Below, piece by piece: positions 1-12,671 of a DNA stretch of 64,000 nt. Both the position numbers and the translations under genes were made by a program. Each line of letters opens with the position of its first letter. The stretch's first letter is position 1. The DNA is from Syncephalis fuscata S228. Its lineage: Eukaryota > Fungi > Zoopagomycota. The stretch lies in the NCBI GenBank assembly GCA_025786725.1, contig JAHLTZ010000011.1, positions 186,001 through 250,000 of the forward strand, read 5' to 3'. Below the pieces are notes generated by a model. The model made no database searches, was not told where the DNA came from, and saw only the letters and a program-made list of their open reading frames with translations.

Positions 1-3000
1 AGCACTACTGTTACTGTTATTACTATTACTATTATTTGCATTATTGGTAGTACTAGTAGTATGTGGATTAGTGGATGTTGTATTGGATGCACCTGTTGAT
101 GTGTAACCATAGCCCGCTGCACCACTTATACTATTAGTATGTTGGTGTTGTGAGTGAGGTGACTGGATACTTGACGCTGTTGTAGGTGAGTCTGCATAAT
201 AAACACTTGTATGCCCATTACCACCATTTGTTGTTGTTGTTGTTGTAGCAGCCTGTCGTTGTACAATACGTAACCAATAAAGACCAGGTAAACATGGTAA
301 TGGATGTATAATAATACAGCCAACTGCAGTTGACTGTTCCGTCAATAAATGTGTATTAATAAACTCGAATGCTCCCGCTGGATCTTCTTGTACCCATAGA
401 CAAGTAAGTGCATCCAGTGTCGATGATCGTCTAAATGTATTCCACGCATCAGATGAACAAATGTCTTCAGTCACTACACAGCCTGGCAGTAAATACGGTG
501 TATGGAATTGAAAGTCGGCTTCATCGCTTGATTGATGTATAACTGTGCCTGATAGTAGTTGTTGTGCCCAATCCTCATTCTCATCAGCAGTTGAGATAGA
601 TAATTGTTTAGCACAAGCTGGCACCTAGTAGATATAATAGATATGTATATACAGATATAAGTATTAATTAAATAATTGGCTATTCTATTTACCTGACGAC
701 CTAGACTACCCAAGAATCGATCAAATTCAAGGGAAATTGATCCATTAAGTTCAGGATCAATAAGTCGTTCCTTTGTTGTTGGTTGAGTGCGAGCATAATA
801 AATGGATACACCAATAATATCACGTCTAATTAATTAATAATTAGCTAATTAATACAAATAAAATAATTGTAATTAACCTACGTAGGAATAGTATCAAAAT
901 CACTTAATGTATCAAGTAATTTATGATTCAATGGCAATACGGCAACATCACCTCGACTTTCCTTTCTTAAATAACCAATTTGTGCAGCAAATTGGCGGAA
1001 GAGCTGTGTTCTGTTTATAAAACATGGTATTAATATTAATATAACGCCAATCTACACTAAATAACTTACGGATTACTTGCTTGTCTTGGTTTGGGTGGAT
1101 AAACATAAGATGATCTATATAATAATAACAATAAATAATAGTAATAAATAATATAATAGCAACTTACTCAAATACCGTCGTTGATAATGGTAATGGATGG
1201 TTTTTTTCAAGTTCTGACTGGTCTTTCATCAATTGATCGACCAGTTCTGCTGCTCGAGCTGATTCTGTACCTTCGTTGAACATACGGTCAAATGCCGGTA
1301 TATACTGCTCGTTCACCGCTTCAACTCGTGCCACTCGTGGTGGTGCTGGTGGTGTAGGTGGTGCCGGACGTGGTTGGCGTTGTTCACGATTTGCATCACT
1401 TACGGCAATCGATCCAGAAGATTCAGCTGGCAAATGTTGTTCAAGGAAGTCGCTAGTAGCTAGTCGAGAAGTGGCCCTCGATACATGTTTGCCCATAAGA
1501 TCGCGGAACACTATAATGATTTCATCTTCTGTCGACGATAATGCCAACTCTTCAGTAGTTGTTGATTTCTCTACAAATCCTACCACAATGCGATGATCCA
1601 CTAGAATAAATCGAATACCATGATCGGCAATGGATGCTGATTGTTGTTGCTGCTGCTGTTGTTCAAGTAATCGACGTAATGGTGTTATATCGTCAATATT
1701 ATCGATTATTGGATTACATAGGTCGCGTGATCGTCGTACCATATCCATAAATCGATTAAGATGAATCTTTAATTCCCATTGAATAAAGTTGGCTTCACTA
1801 CTAAGCTCAACGCCAGCAATTAATGTCGGATAGCTTGATATAATACTAGTGGCAGCATTCATTGTGGTAGCCGCAGTTGTGGTGTGTTGCCCTTGGCCGT
1901 GAGCAGTAAGACTCATGGCGCGTGTACGAGCCAGTCGTTTAATGTCACGTTTTACTCGCCATGACATGCCATGGTCTTGCTGACTAGTTGTGGCGGCAGA
2001 ACTTGATGCTGGTCGTTCAGCTCGATGAATTTGTTGAGTGGCCATTCGAATGGCATGCTCAAATGTCTGTAATACAGTACGACAAATACTACTATCCTCG
2101 GCCAAATGTCTACTGGCACCTGCCCATCGAAGAACAGTCTCGTAGGCTGAATGGATCATTTGCATATCCTAATGACTAGTTATTAGCAAGTTATTCAATA
2201 TACATATTAAGCTTATATCTTACCGAACGAGTGTTTGTAAAGGCACTTTGGATCATTCGACAAATAGAAAAGATAACTTGACGAGCACAGTCCTAAGCAT
2301 CATTAGTTTAGTTATAATGTTAGTAATAGATTCGTTATAATTCGTATATATCATCTGCTTACGATGTCGAATCGTCCATATTGTTTAGACCAACTGGCTA
2401 AATCAGTTAATACATCAAATCCTTGACTTGTAGCCATGGGTGGCAATTCCTCTGTCAATACCTGTAATATACATTGTAATTGGTTAATCAATCAATCATA
2501 TACGTAGTCTATTCTAATAGCGACCTACTTTATCCAATATGGTACGAACGACAACGGTAATTAATCCATTGGTGCGACCATCATCAACCATAACAAATAC
2601 TTGAGCCAATCTTACAAGACGTGTAAAATTGAATGGATTTGCTTCATTGGTAATTGAAGCTAAAATCATTCAAGTATACTACGATTTAACTAGTTATAAT
2701 ATATTGCATTAGTTAATACATTCTATAATGCTATATCATCATACTTACACTTTCATATGTATTACTAGGTAATGTGTTGCATTGACGACCATATAATTCA
2801 GCTATCTACTCCACCAGTTATAAATAAATGAATAAATAAATAAATAAATGGTTATTACTAACCCGATTCATAACGGCCGTTTCACTACGGTGATGATGAC
2901 CACTATCATTAGGGAAGGGCGTCCATTGTTTCGGTAGTGTAAGATGGGCCAGTCCATGTGGTAAACAGACAAGTGTAGTCAAATGACGAATGGCCGCCAC

Positions 3001-4238
3001 TCGCCATGTTTGATAGTAGCCCATTTTGCTTTCTGGCAATCCTGGTGCCATCTAATGGAACGATATCAATAGCTGTTCATGTTATCTGTACTAACCAACT
3101 TACCCAAGGTAATATACAACGCACAGCATGGACCAGATAAGGTACAATTGTAGTGACACCTTCAAGATCTGCTGCCAATAACATGTCACCCTCAGATAAT
3201 AATGCGGGAATGGAACAGCGTGTTTGAGAAGACTAGATAGACAAATAGTAACATAGCAGACGAGTTAGATATCAATGCTAATTCAAATAGCCATACTATA
3301 ATACCTCAACAATAATCTGGTAAAAGCGCTGCAGATATTCATTGCCCAAACGTGTACGCCGTTGAGGTGCCGAGAATACACGACATAGTGCACCAAGAGC
3401 AATCATTTTACCTTCAATTTGTCTATATAGCATAAGATAATGTCATTAATAGATAGTAAATTACTTACCGTGGATCTTGCCAACGAGTCGAACACACGTC
3501 AAATAGCCATGTACCAAATAGTCTAAAAATAGTATTACCATCAGGTGGTAATGGATTACCCGGCTATTTAATAGTCATAATAATGGTAAATATTTAATAA
3601 CATCTGTATTGTATACTATATATTACCGTTTTAATAGGATCAGAACTTGCACCTCCTACTACAATAAATGTTTTTATAATACGTGCAATTCCCTAATTTG
3701 CTTATTAATACTTCATAATACACCATCTACTATAGTCATCTAACTTACATGGAATGCCTTTTCAAAGTTATGTGGCTGTAATCGACAAGGATCTCCAATC
3801 ATATCTAAATATGGTTAATTATTACTTAATACCACCAATTACTTATTAATAGCTTACTAAGGGTTCTCACCCAAATAGGTAGTAAAAGATTCTCTGTTGG
3901 ATCCAATCGAATCATAGCTGAATTGCTATTACATATTAAATAGCATCGTTTAATAATAAGATGAACTAATAGTATAAATTTACTTACGCTGTTACTTCTA
4001 TACATGATGTACCAGCACCGGGTCCATAAAGAATACGTAGAATACGTTGTGTCATAGCATAGCTATAAACACACCAATTATCAATGACTCGAGCACGATG
4101 TGCCCAATGAGGGAATGCATCCTAATGATCCATATTCGTATCAATCATAGTGACATATGTTAAATACTTACAATTAAGTAATCTGTTAATTCAGCATCAT
4201 AAGATGGTGCTCTTAACAATAATTCGAATAATGTCTAT

Positions 4239-4297
<59 letters not shown>

Positions 4298-5457
4298 CAT
4301 TAGTAATTATTATAGTATAGTATATATAACTTACTTGAATTAAACTCTCGCATAATTCACCGGCTAAATCATATACTTCTGGAATAATACCGGCGGCCAT
4401 TAACTCTGACCGTGTCTCACCACCAGTTACTCCCGTATTTGAATTACTATAATTCATATTATGTACACTGCCGCCTGCACTGTTTAGTGTCTCTATAGGA
4501 TGACCTGTTGCGTGGTTGGCTGCTAGTGTTTCCATAACGGCAGGCATACGAAGTAATCGATCACAGGCTCCACTAACAACACGTATAAGCACGCGCCAGG
4601 TACTTTCACTCATTTCACCGGTCAGTAAACGACCAGCCATCGTGAACATCTTCAATACTTTACGGCATAGCTCAGCATATTCACGAAATGCACTCGATCG
4701 ATCCTGTACCTCCGAGGAAGTATGTGTTGCCGCATTGGTATTCGTGGTATGTGTACCCGATGTACCGGTCAGTGGTGGATCCATAACAATACCAATGTTT
4801 GTATTATTCTCTGACATAGAGAATACACTTGTACCAGAGGGTGATACAGGTGCCGGTGTTGTGGGATGGCCCGATGGATGATCATGAAATGATCTTGGTT
4901 CAAATAATTGTGATAAATGACGAAATAGTGTCTATTAATAAATACATGAATATAAATATATATGAATATTAACATTATAATTATTAATCAATCGATTTAC
5001 ACTTACTTGAAGGAATTGTTGTGATTGGATGCCTTCCTTTGTATCTTCAGTATCAATACTTCGATAGCACTCGGGACGTGCATTGCGTTCAAGTAGCCAT
5101 TTACTATAAATATCGGCTGCATCATTCATCAATGCACTGTCCGCGTAGGAAGGCAGGGCAAATACTTGTCCAATGGCGGCCATACACCATCGGGCCTGTG
5201 CCACTGTTGTTATCCTCGGTGCGGGCTGTGCGGACTTTGACGTAAATGTCGATAAAGGTGGTGCCAAGTACGTGGTCACTAAACGAACAGCCGCCCGTCG
5301 AAAACTAAGTTGACAGTCAGAAAGTGCATCAGAATCTAAATAGATTAAGTATTTAAATGTCTATTAATAACATTTTTTCAATATATTTATTAGTGTTCAG
5401 CCTACCACTATCCGTTATGGGCAGTAAACCCATTTCAGTTATCCATTCTAGTTGCAT
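1..5457 (-). CDS. RALGAPB: Ral GTPase-activating protein beta subunit-like (RalGAPB); multi-exon (~20 introns), 3' end beyond window start
   Basis: ATG at 5457 (MQLEWITEMGLLPITDS). Spliced exons give 'VAQARWCMAAIGQVFALP', 'TWRVLIRVVSGACDRLL', 'PHWAHRARVIDNWCV', 'PDGNTIFRLFGTWLFD', and Rap-GAP-like 'VSIYYA...EFDRFLGSLG' near 700-820. These match RalGAPB-family motifs as I recall them. GT-AG introns with branch points; at least one indel near 300. Confidence 0.8.
4240..4296. repeat. (AAT)n microsatellite inside a RalGAPB intron
   Basis: Perfect AAT run; it explains the poly-Y tail of ORF 4239..4817. Confidence 0.95.
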
Positions 5458-6180
5458 GATGACCACACGTGGCCTACTGGTTATTATGCCACGTTATGTC
5501 TGTAATCTGCTGCTGCTGCTGTTGTTGTTGTTGTTGTTGCTATATACTAGTACCATAAAAGATGACAAGTCAATAGTAATAAATCAATGCTTGGTATTCA
5601 ACTGGACAGTATCCAGTCTACTTTGACAAATAATACGCAATAATGATATAAAAATAGAGGCCACAGTTATTGCCACAGACCCAGATTATGTGTGCACGAC
5701 GCGTTTCTACTAGATTGTCGATGCTACTAGATACTATGTAGGAATGACAAATAGCAATTATAAAATAGGTATCAAACAATAATAAGTTGATAATAGCCAA
5801 GAATCAATAGGAATACGAATAGAGTTATAATAGAAAAGAGAAGCGATATCGATTATTGATCAAGTACAAAGGTCTGGCTGCTCAAAGTTCAACACCGCGT
5901 GATAATTGTCTACTCAAGGTTACGCTAATGATGCAGACCGGTTTTACACTCTGTCCTGGTCAAAGTGTTTTAAATAATAGTTGAAATATTATTAATAGTC
6001 TTCATTTCTCTTTATATATACACACACAGTATTTACCAACATTGTACTTTCATCTTTATTACCGTTATTACTCTATTATTATACTACTACTAGCTGTTTC
6101 TCTATCTATCTTGACTATTAGTGTTTTATTTAGTTCATCTAGTTCCAACTACCTACATTGAGTAGCTGTCGTTTATAAAT

Positions 6181-6759
6181 ATGTTTAGAATGCGCTCTTT
6201 TATCATTGCTTTGATGTTGCTAATGGCTGCAGCTGTTCCCCTTGTCCAAGCCGACTGGCAAATAACCTCGCTTAGTACTGGAGATCGTGAACATATATGT
6301 GCCCAGAATATGGCTTACTGTTTTAATAACTGTAACGGTAAAGCACCTATGAATTTCTGTAATACTACTACTATGGGCTGGAACTGTGGATGTGCTGATA
6401 AAACACCTGATCTTGCTGACTATCAATGGCCGATTGTACGTGCCGAGTGTAGTGGCCGCTTTAATCAATGTCAACTGAAATGTCAAAAGGATCCCGTCAA
6501 AATGATAGAATGCAGCACCAAGTGCAGCGATACCTATAAGTGTGATTATGGCAAAATGCCACCTTCTAATCTCCGTGTAAAAAGTCCATCTAGTGTTCCT
6601 GATTATACTGGTGTTGTGGTTTCTAGTAATAGTAATAATAGTAGTAGTAGCAGTAGCAAGGATTCAAATAATGCCAATAGCCTACTATGTTCTCTCGCTC
6701 CATTATCTTACACTGCTGGTGCGCTGATGGTTGTTGTTGGTGCTATATTGACCCTTTAA
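6181..6759 (+). CDS. Secreted, probably GPI-anchored Cys-rich cell-surface protein (DUF7707-like)
   Basis: Intronless 192 aa. Signal peptide (..AVPLVQA|DW), 12-Cys domain, Ser/Asn-rich linker, C-terminal hydrophobic GPI-type tail. Confidence 0.8.
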   Translation: MFRMRSFIIALMLLMAAAVPLVQADWQITSLSTGDREHICAQNMAYCFNNCNGKAPMNFCNTTTMGWNCGCADKTPDLADYQWPIVRAECSGRFNQCQLKCQKDPVKMIECSTKCSDTYKCDYGKMPPSNLRVKSPSSVPDYTGVVVSSNSNNSSSSSSKDSNNANSLLCSLAPLSYTAGALMVVVGAILTL

Positions 6760-7570
6760 AAGCTAGTAATACTTTTATTCACTATAGTGAATATGTATTA
6801 ACAGCAATGTTCATATTTTTAGTTATTACTGTGTTGCTGTCAAGCATATTAATAAACACATACACACATGTTTAGATAATATTGATTGCTTTTCTGAATA
6901 GAAATTTAAATGTCGCAGCTCTAGACTTTAACCAATTACAAAATGATTACTATACATGTAAATACTTGATTTGGTGATAATCAGTTGGCTTGAATGTTTT
7001 AGTTTTAAAAGAAAATCGGCAGTTTAAATAGCAAAATAACAAAAGCAGCAATACTAAAATGAGCATAAACCCGTGTATCATATTATTAATTGCAGTTAAA
7101 AAATTAAAAATATAACTATGTTAGACAAGCGTACCATGCATAAAATAATACTATATGATACTATTTATAATAGCATGGTTTTATTTTTGATAATGTAGAC
7201 ATGTGCATTTTTAAACAATATAAAGGACAAAAACTACATGATAAGTAATATATATATAGCATTGCCAAATAAAGCTTTGTTTATATGGTTTGATATTTTA
7301 AACTCATTGAACATCGGCCAAAAATAGAACATGTTGACAAAACTAAATTGTAGCAATCATCTTGTAATCATTTGGAATAACTGGCTTTAAAAGTAAAAGC
7401 TAAGCAGTATAAATAAACGACTAATTCAAAGCATTACATTTTTTATATCATTATTCTCTCTCTCTCTTTCTCATATATATATCAGTACGTTTACTCTTTT
7501 TTAGTAAAACGTTATTGTTACGATTTTTATTTTTTAAACACCACTTTGATTTAACATTTAAACTTTTACG

Positions 7571-8722
7571 ATGATATTTCAAAGCGCACGTACTTTTATC
7601 GCTGTCACTATGGTCACTGTTGCTGCAATGATGTTGATGTCGACGTTGAATAACGCCGTAGAAGCAGTCCAGCAAACTCCAAGTGTTGTACTAGCTCGAA
7701 ATGGAGAAATGGGCTTTGATAAGAGTATGTATAATTACGATTATTATAGCAATTATAAAATTCTAATTAAACAGCTACAGATGACAATACATTTTACGGA
7801 TATTCAATTAAGCAGCCAGGCATGTTCAATGATCCCAAATTTGCAGTCACCTACATTGGCAATGGAAATGTGGATGCAGTTTACGACAATACGCCAGTAC
7901 GAGTTCGCTGTGATACTATCAATCGTTCTGAACAGATACTGCGATTTAATGGATTCAACAATATAACTCTTTTAGTGCAAGAGGTATGTTACATTGACTA
8001 GATAGACTACCATGACTAATAATATGATTGAGCATAGAGTTGCTTAAAATGGAGTTCCAATACTCCTCAAGAAATAAAAGATAAAGAAATCATTGGGTGT
8101 CCTATAAGGACTTATCATATAAAGCGCACACCGCAAGAACCGTATCCCACAAATGACAATATGCATTGCCATCTTGTTAGGCATCGCACTTCGCCAAATG
8201 ATTATGGCAAGTGGCCTTTCGACCCACGTTTTGCCAAGGACACCTCGGTCATCAATGACCGTATCAGTAAGCTTGTTTCGCAGATAACCGATGCTAAAGT
8301 TCTTATCGATATATTAAACCAAATTCAGCAAGGCACGTAAACACTAATTATAAAGTAAATTATGGCTAACTTGCTACACATTAGGCATGCTTTTTATGAG
8401 AAAATTAAAATGGTACTACGGATTAGCTAAAGGTAGGCTGATTTGGAATCTATACTATGAGTGTAGTGCTGACTATTTATAAGATGACGGTTTGGACTGT
8501 GGCTCTACTGGATGCAAAGTTAGATTTCATCTATGGGGAACTGTAGTTCCTACTACATTCAAGGATATCAAGCCTGAAAACAAAAACCGCGTTATTACAG
8601 AACTGAATACTAAAAATCATCAACTTATTTCCACATTTTATACACACTTGACTGGACAAGAACGCGTATTAGTCGAGGCAAAAGTTAAAAATGTTTTGGC
8701 TGCTATAATGATTATTGTATAA
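7571..8722 (+). CDS. Secreted protein with degenerate protein-kinase-like features (pseudokinase-like), 5 exons
   Basis: Signal peptide (..LNNAVEA). Introns 7725-7780, 7984-8037, 8333-8384 (GC-AG) and ~8432-8483 join one open frame: ...VRVRCD...ILNQIQQGMLFMRKLKWYYGLAKDDGLDCGSTGCKVRFHLWGT... The kinase relationship is inference. Confidence 0.65.
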
Positions 8723-9096
8723 GCCAGTTGAATTCACAATGCACTTTCAACACTGCAAACGGAATAAAGCATATTTTTAATGTTGAAATTATTGTTTATA
8801 CTCAATATTGCATTAGCACTTTAGTAAATAATGTTGTAAGCAAATATAGGATTTACTGTTTTAAACAGTATAACTACTTTATTACTTGTAAATCCACTTA
8901 TATCCACGTCCACACGCACGACTGTCCTTTTGCTCTTCCAGTAATACTATAGACGTACAATAGTAATGAATGTAGGATCTATTAGAATTATACACAGTTA
9001 ATAAATTGTTCGAATTAACAAATTTAAAGTAATAGCAAGTATTATCAATTAAAACACAAGTGTTACAAGATAATTGAGTAAAATGATTTAATTACT

Positions 9097-9990
9097 TTAT
9101 ATTGTATTATGGCGATTACACTGTTGAACTGCTTCTAGCAATCCTTGAGCACTAGGCGATTTTGCCACGGCATCAACACGAATACCAGCCGAAGAAAGTG
9201 CCGCTGCTGTTGTTTGACCGATAGCTGCAACTCGCCACACAGCACACTCCTCTGCTAAGTGCTGCTCATCGTGTTTCTTAATATAAATAGGAATTGTAGT
9301 AAGATAAGGTAGAGCAATATTAGCACCTGATGGACTAAAGAAAGCAAGCCAATTAGTGCCAGTGTTATACTGTAGCATAGCTGTAGAAGCAAGTTTGAGT
9401 TGCGTCGCTAGTTGTGCGTCCTCGCCAACAGCATATACAGCCAATTCCTGGAACGGACAAGCTGCTGCTGCTAAACGTCGTGGCAGTGTATTGCGCCGCT
9501 GTTCGCCCGATAGAAATAGCAGTGTTTTAGCTGTCGTCGTCGTTGTTGTTGTTGACCAAGTATCGATAATCACATCAGCAAGTCCTTCGGCCTCTCCGGC
9601 AGGCGAGCCTAACGATTCCACACCTAGCATTGTTTGTAAGGTAGCTGCAGTGCTAGGACCTACGGCAAACCATACAACCGTCCGCCACCAACGTAATAAA
9701 CTATCGCTATCATCGAGACGCGATAATACTTGCGCAAATGCTTTAACTGCACGCTTACTCGTTACAACGACACCCCAATGCTCGGCCGTCTTAGGTACTT
9801 CCTGAACAAGTCGTGCTAATTCCCCTTCAGCAATCCATTGATCAGCTAATGGTGCAATACATTGTACTTGTTCGAAATGGTTCGTAAATTCACGTATATA
9901 AACATCTTTTTCTGTACAAGACCCGTCATCTGTCGAACGACGTAGTAATAAAATACGCAAAGTCATGGGATAAAAGGTAACTAGTGCCAT
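9097..9990 (-). CDS. HEM4: Uroporphyrinogen-III synthase
   Basis: Intronless 297 aa with HemD motifs VVVTSKRAV, FAVGPSTA, LLFLSGE, AFFSPSG, AAIGQTTAAAL, VAKSPS. Confidence 0.93.
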   Translation of the reverse strand: MALVTFYPMTLRILLLRRSTDDGSCTEKDVYIREFTNHFEQVQCIAPLADQWIAEGELARLVQEVPKTAEHWGVVVTSKRAVKAFAQVLSRLDDSDSLLRWWRTVVWFAVGPSTAATLQTMLGVESLGSPAGEAEGLADVIIDTWSTTTTTTTAKTLLFLSGEQRRNTLPRRLAAAACPFQELAVYAVGEDAQLATQLKLASTAMLQYNTGTNWLAFFSPSGANIALPYLTTIPIYIKKHDEQHLAEECAVWRVAAIGQTTAAALSSAGIRVDAVAKSPSAQGLLEAVQQCNRHNTI

Positions 9991-10254
9991 TTAATGTTGA
10001 ATCGATTTTATCACGTAACATCTACTTTGCATCTCCCACTTCAACGCAGCAAAACTTTTTACGCTATCAATCGTAATGATTTGAGTAATTAACGTTGAAA
10101 TCATTATTCACAATAAACATTAAAGCAATGTTATTGTCCATTATAATTTCCATAAAACAGAATTAATTATAACATAAAATTGTGTCAGTAATAATATTAA
10201 ACATTTAAATAAATAATGTAACATACTATTTGATTTCTTTGGAACATTTGACAT

Positions 10255-10862
10255 CAATTATTATTGTTGTTAGTCATGTGTACAAAATTGATCGAATATT
10301 AATAAAAGTCATTGGTCATGATTCCATGTCATTCCATATTAATTGTTGTTGCATCCATGTACAATATGGACTATTGCATCTAAATGATCTTTTTTATTTT
10401 TCGACCTTTTACTGTTGTGTTTTAAGCATATTTGCAATGTAAGATACTTATCTATGGCGACAAGAAGGTAGAAAGACTAGCGTTTCTGATGTTCACCATT
10501 GTTTTGAGCATTGTTGGTATCAACTTGGTAGAAGCAGATTATTTGCCAACCATTGATGAAGCAAATAACTTTCACCATATGCAATAATGATAGGTTGAGT
10601 GTCTTTACCAGGAAGATTTTGTAGCGACAGTTGTAATCAGAATATACGGCATGCCGTTGAGGTTACTTGAACAGGTGTTGATGCAAAATAAGAAAATAAA
10701 GACTAGGGATTAAATAGTGTTTTTATTGATGTTCAAATAGGCATGTTATTTATATTGTTATATTCAGCATTATCGGATAATATAATACTGAATAGAAAAA
10801 TAAAATGGCAATAGAAAAAGAAAGTGAAATGAATAAATAAAAAATGTGGAGTCAAGGTAAAA
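10255..10862 (+). repeat. ~610-bp direct repeat, copy 1 (copy 2 at 14301..14911)
   Basis: Both copies start CAATTATTATTGTTGTTAGTCATGTGTAC and align throughout with scattered substitutions (roughly 90% by eye). Confidence 0.95.
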
Positions 10863-11159
10863 ATGACATGACCATATAAATATTATGCGCTCAATCCAAT
10901 GTTTTGTTTTATTTTAATATGTAGCTATACAGCTTTTATTAATGAGCAATAAATAAAATTAATGTGTCTTTCTATTGTTGCAATAATGTATAATATTAGC
11001 TGTTTACTCTAATAAATAATTAGATTAAGCCTTATAATAGTTGGCTTAGTTGGTGGTCGTGTAAATGTGTGTATATAAATGGTTACAATGTGATTGTAAA
11101 TATTTATCCGCACAAACAACCAGAATTACAATTATAGCGACAATAATAAGCTATTTAAC

Positions 11160-12132
11160 TACTAAACGCATTTATTTAATTTATTTACATTTCTCTGTTT
11201 TCTGTGTATTATCTTGGTTTAACGTTGTTGCTGTTCTAATCGCATCCGCAACGACCAACTTTTGATAAATGTAGTTCAGCTTAGCATAGCTATAATGATT
11301 TGCCATAGGTTAAACCAGTAAGCCTTTGAGATGCCAATTGTTTTTTCATTGGTTTCTGCTTTGGCTTGTTCTCCTATATTCTATCTTACTTGCCTTGTCA
11401 GAAATGGTTTCAGAAATGTAAGCAGCACTTAGGCCTTAGATGTTTACCAATTGATATGCAACCCATTGCTATTATGCATTTGAATTGCTGATATTTGATT
11501 AGAATGTCTATTGTGTTTAACTAGTGTCTGCATATTGTATTGCGCGTAGTTTAGCCAATGCAATCTAGTTTACAGCTGAAAACTGATGACGAAAATGACA
11601 TGTTGGAATGTTCTATTGCTCAAAATGCTGTGATGCATCATCCTACAAATAGTACTCATTGTATAATCAATTTCAGGTGATTTGGATTAACCGCCATTTG
11701 AATGATGGTAGTTGTACAACATGTGGCACAATATGCCTGGGTGGTATGATGCATTTGTGAATTCAAAACAATGATTAGCCCATAAAATGGGCATAGTGTC
11801 GAATGAAATGCACGCATGTACCAATCAATATACTTTATAATCTAAAATTACGACTGACCTATGTATAGCAATAAAAACTTGTATAAAATACCAGTTTAAT
11901 ACATTAAACTTGTTTTGCATCAGTGCTGAGTGCTATTCTGTATGCAACAGATATTGAGGACCGAATCGGTAGAAATGGCAGCAAATACATCGTTATCGTT
12001 TTACAAAGCCAAACAATATACTTGTTTTTACCAAATAGTTAGACTGTGAAACAAAAAACACAGAACGGTGTACATATTTCTATTGTATATGCACTGCTCA
12101 TTGGGATTGCTGCGTCATTTGTGTAAATGCTG
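11160..12132 (+). repeat. Diverged duplicated segment, copy A-left (paralog ~30670..31678)
   Basis: Shared blocks such as AATGCTGTGATGCAT, CACGCATG(T/C)ACCA, CAGATATTG and GTAAATGCTG occur in the same order; about 65-70% identity by eye; no intact ORF. Confidence 0.75.
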
Positions 12133-12218
12133 AGAAGATTGAAGTAAAACCAGGCAGGTTGAAATCAAGGCCGAACAGGTTGAAATCAAGACTGGGCAGG
12201 TTGAAATCAAAGCTAAGA
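12131..12218 (+). repeat. 21-bp tandem repeat (CAGGTTGAAATCAA core x3), reading as the heptad QVEIKxx
   Basis: CAGGTTGAAATCAAGGCCGAA / CAGGTTGAAATCAAGACTGGG / CAGGTTGAAATCAAAGCTAAG, preceded by a degenerate unit. Confidence 0.85.
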
Positions 12219-12357
12219 AGCATACTATTACATTCCCAATCTATTAATATACACATACACCTTAAACCATTTTTGGGTTTACTTTATTGGTTCATATTGT
12301 ATATCAATGGTATACCTCGTGTGCTACAGTATACTAGTATCTCAACATAGCTGTAAG

Positions 12358-12365
12358 TATAAATA
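12358..12365 (+). promoter_or_regulatory. TATA box of the small secreted-peptide gene
   Basis: TATAAATA ~140 nt upstream of ATG 12501, followed by a CT-rich leader and an ATCACC-ATG context. Confidence 0.55.
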
Positions 12366-12500
12366 GCTTGCAAAATATACACAACCAACTGCAATATCAT
12401 CATTACACTCTACTTCTTGCTATACACACTCTACTCTCCACTATACCAACCACACTCTACTATTTCTTTTATTTGCTTGTCTTAACAAATTAATATCACC

Positions 12501-12671
12501 ATGAAGCTTTCCATTGCCGTCGTTTGCACCGTCGTTGTGGCTTTGACAGCCGCTACAACCATGGTTGATGCTAAACCAACCATGGTAGATGATAAACCGG
12601 TCATGGTGAATGATAAAGCAACTTTGGTTGGTCGTGGTTGGAAGCCATGTTGGCCAAGACCGTGGTGTTAA
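12501..12671 (+). CDS. Small secreted prepro-peptide (56 aa); predicted mature peptide GWKPCWPRPWC
   Basis: MKLSIAVVCTVVVALTAATTMVDAKPTMVDDKPVMVNDKATLVGRGWKPCWPRPWC*. Signal peptide, heptad-repeat pro-region, Arg site, 2-Cys Trp/Pro-rich C-terminus. GC-richer than its flanks; below the ORF-track length cutoff. Confidence 0.85.
   Translation: MKLSIAVVCTVVVALTAATTMVDAKPTMVDDKPVMVNDKATLVGRGWKPCWPRPWC

Noticed and set aside
12131-12218. Short repeats resembling a CRISPR array
   Set aside because: Eukaryotic context, 21-bp period with no real spacers, and no cas genes.
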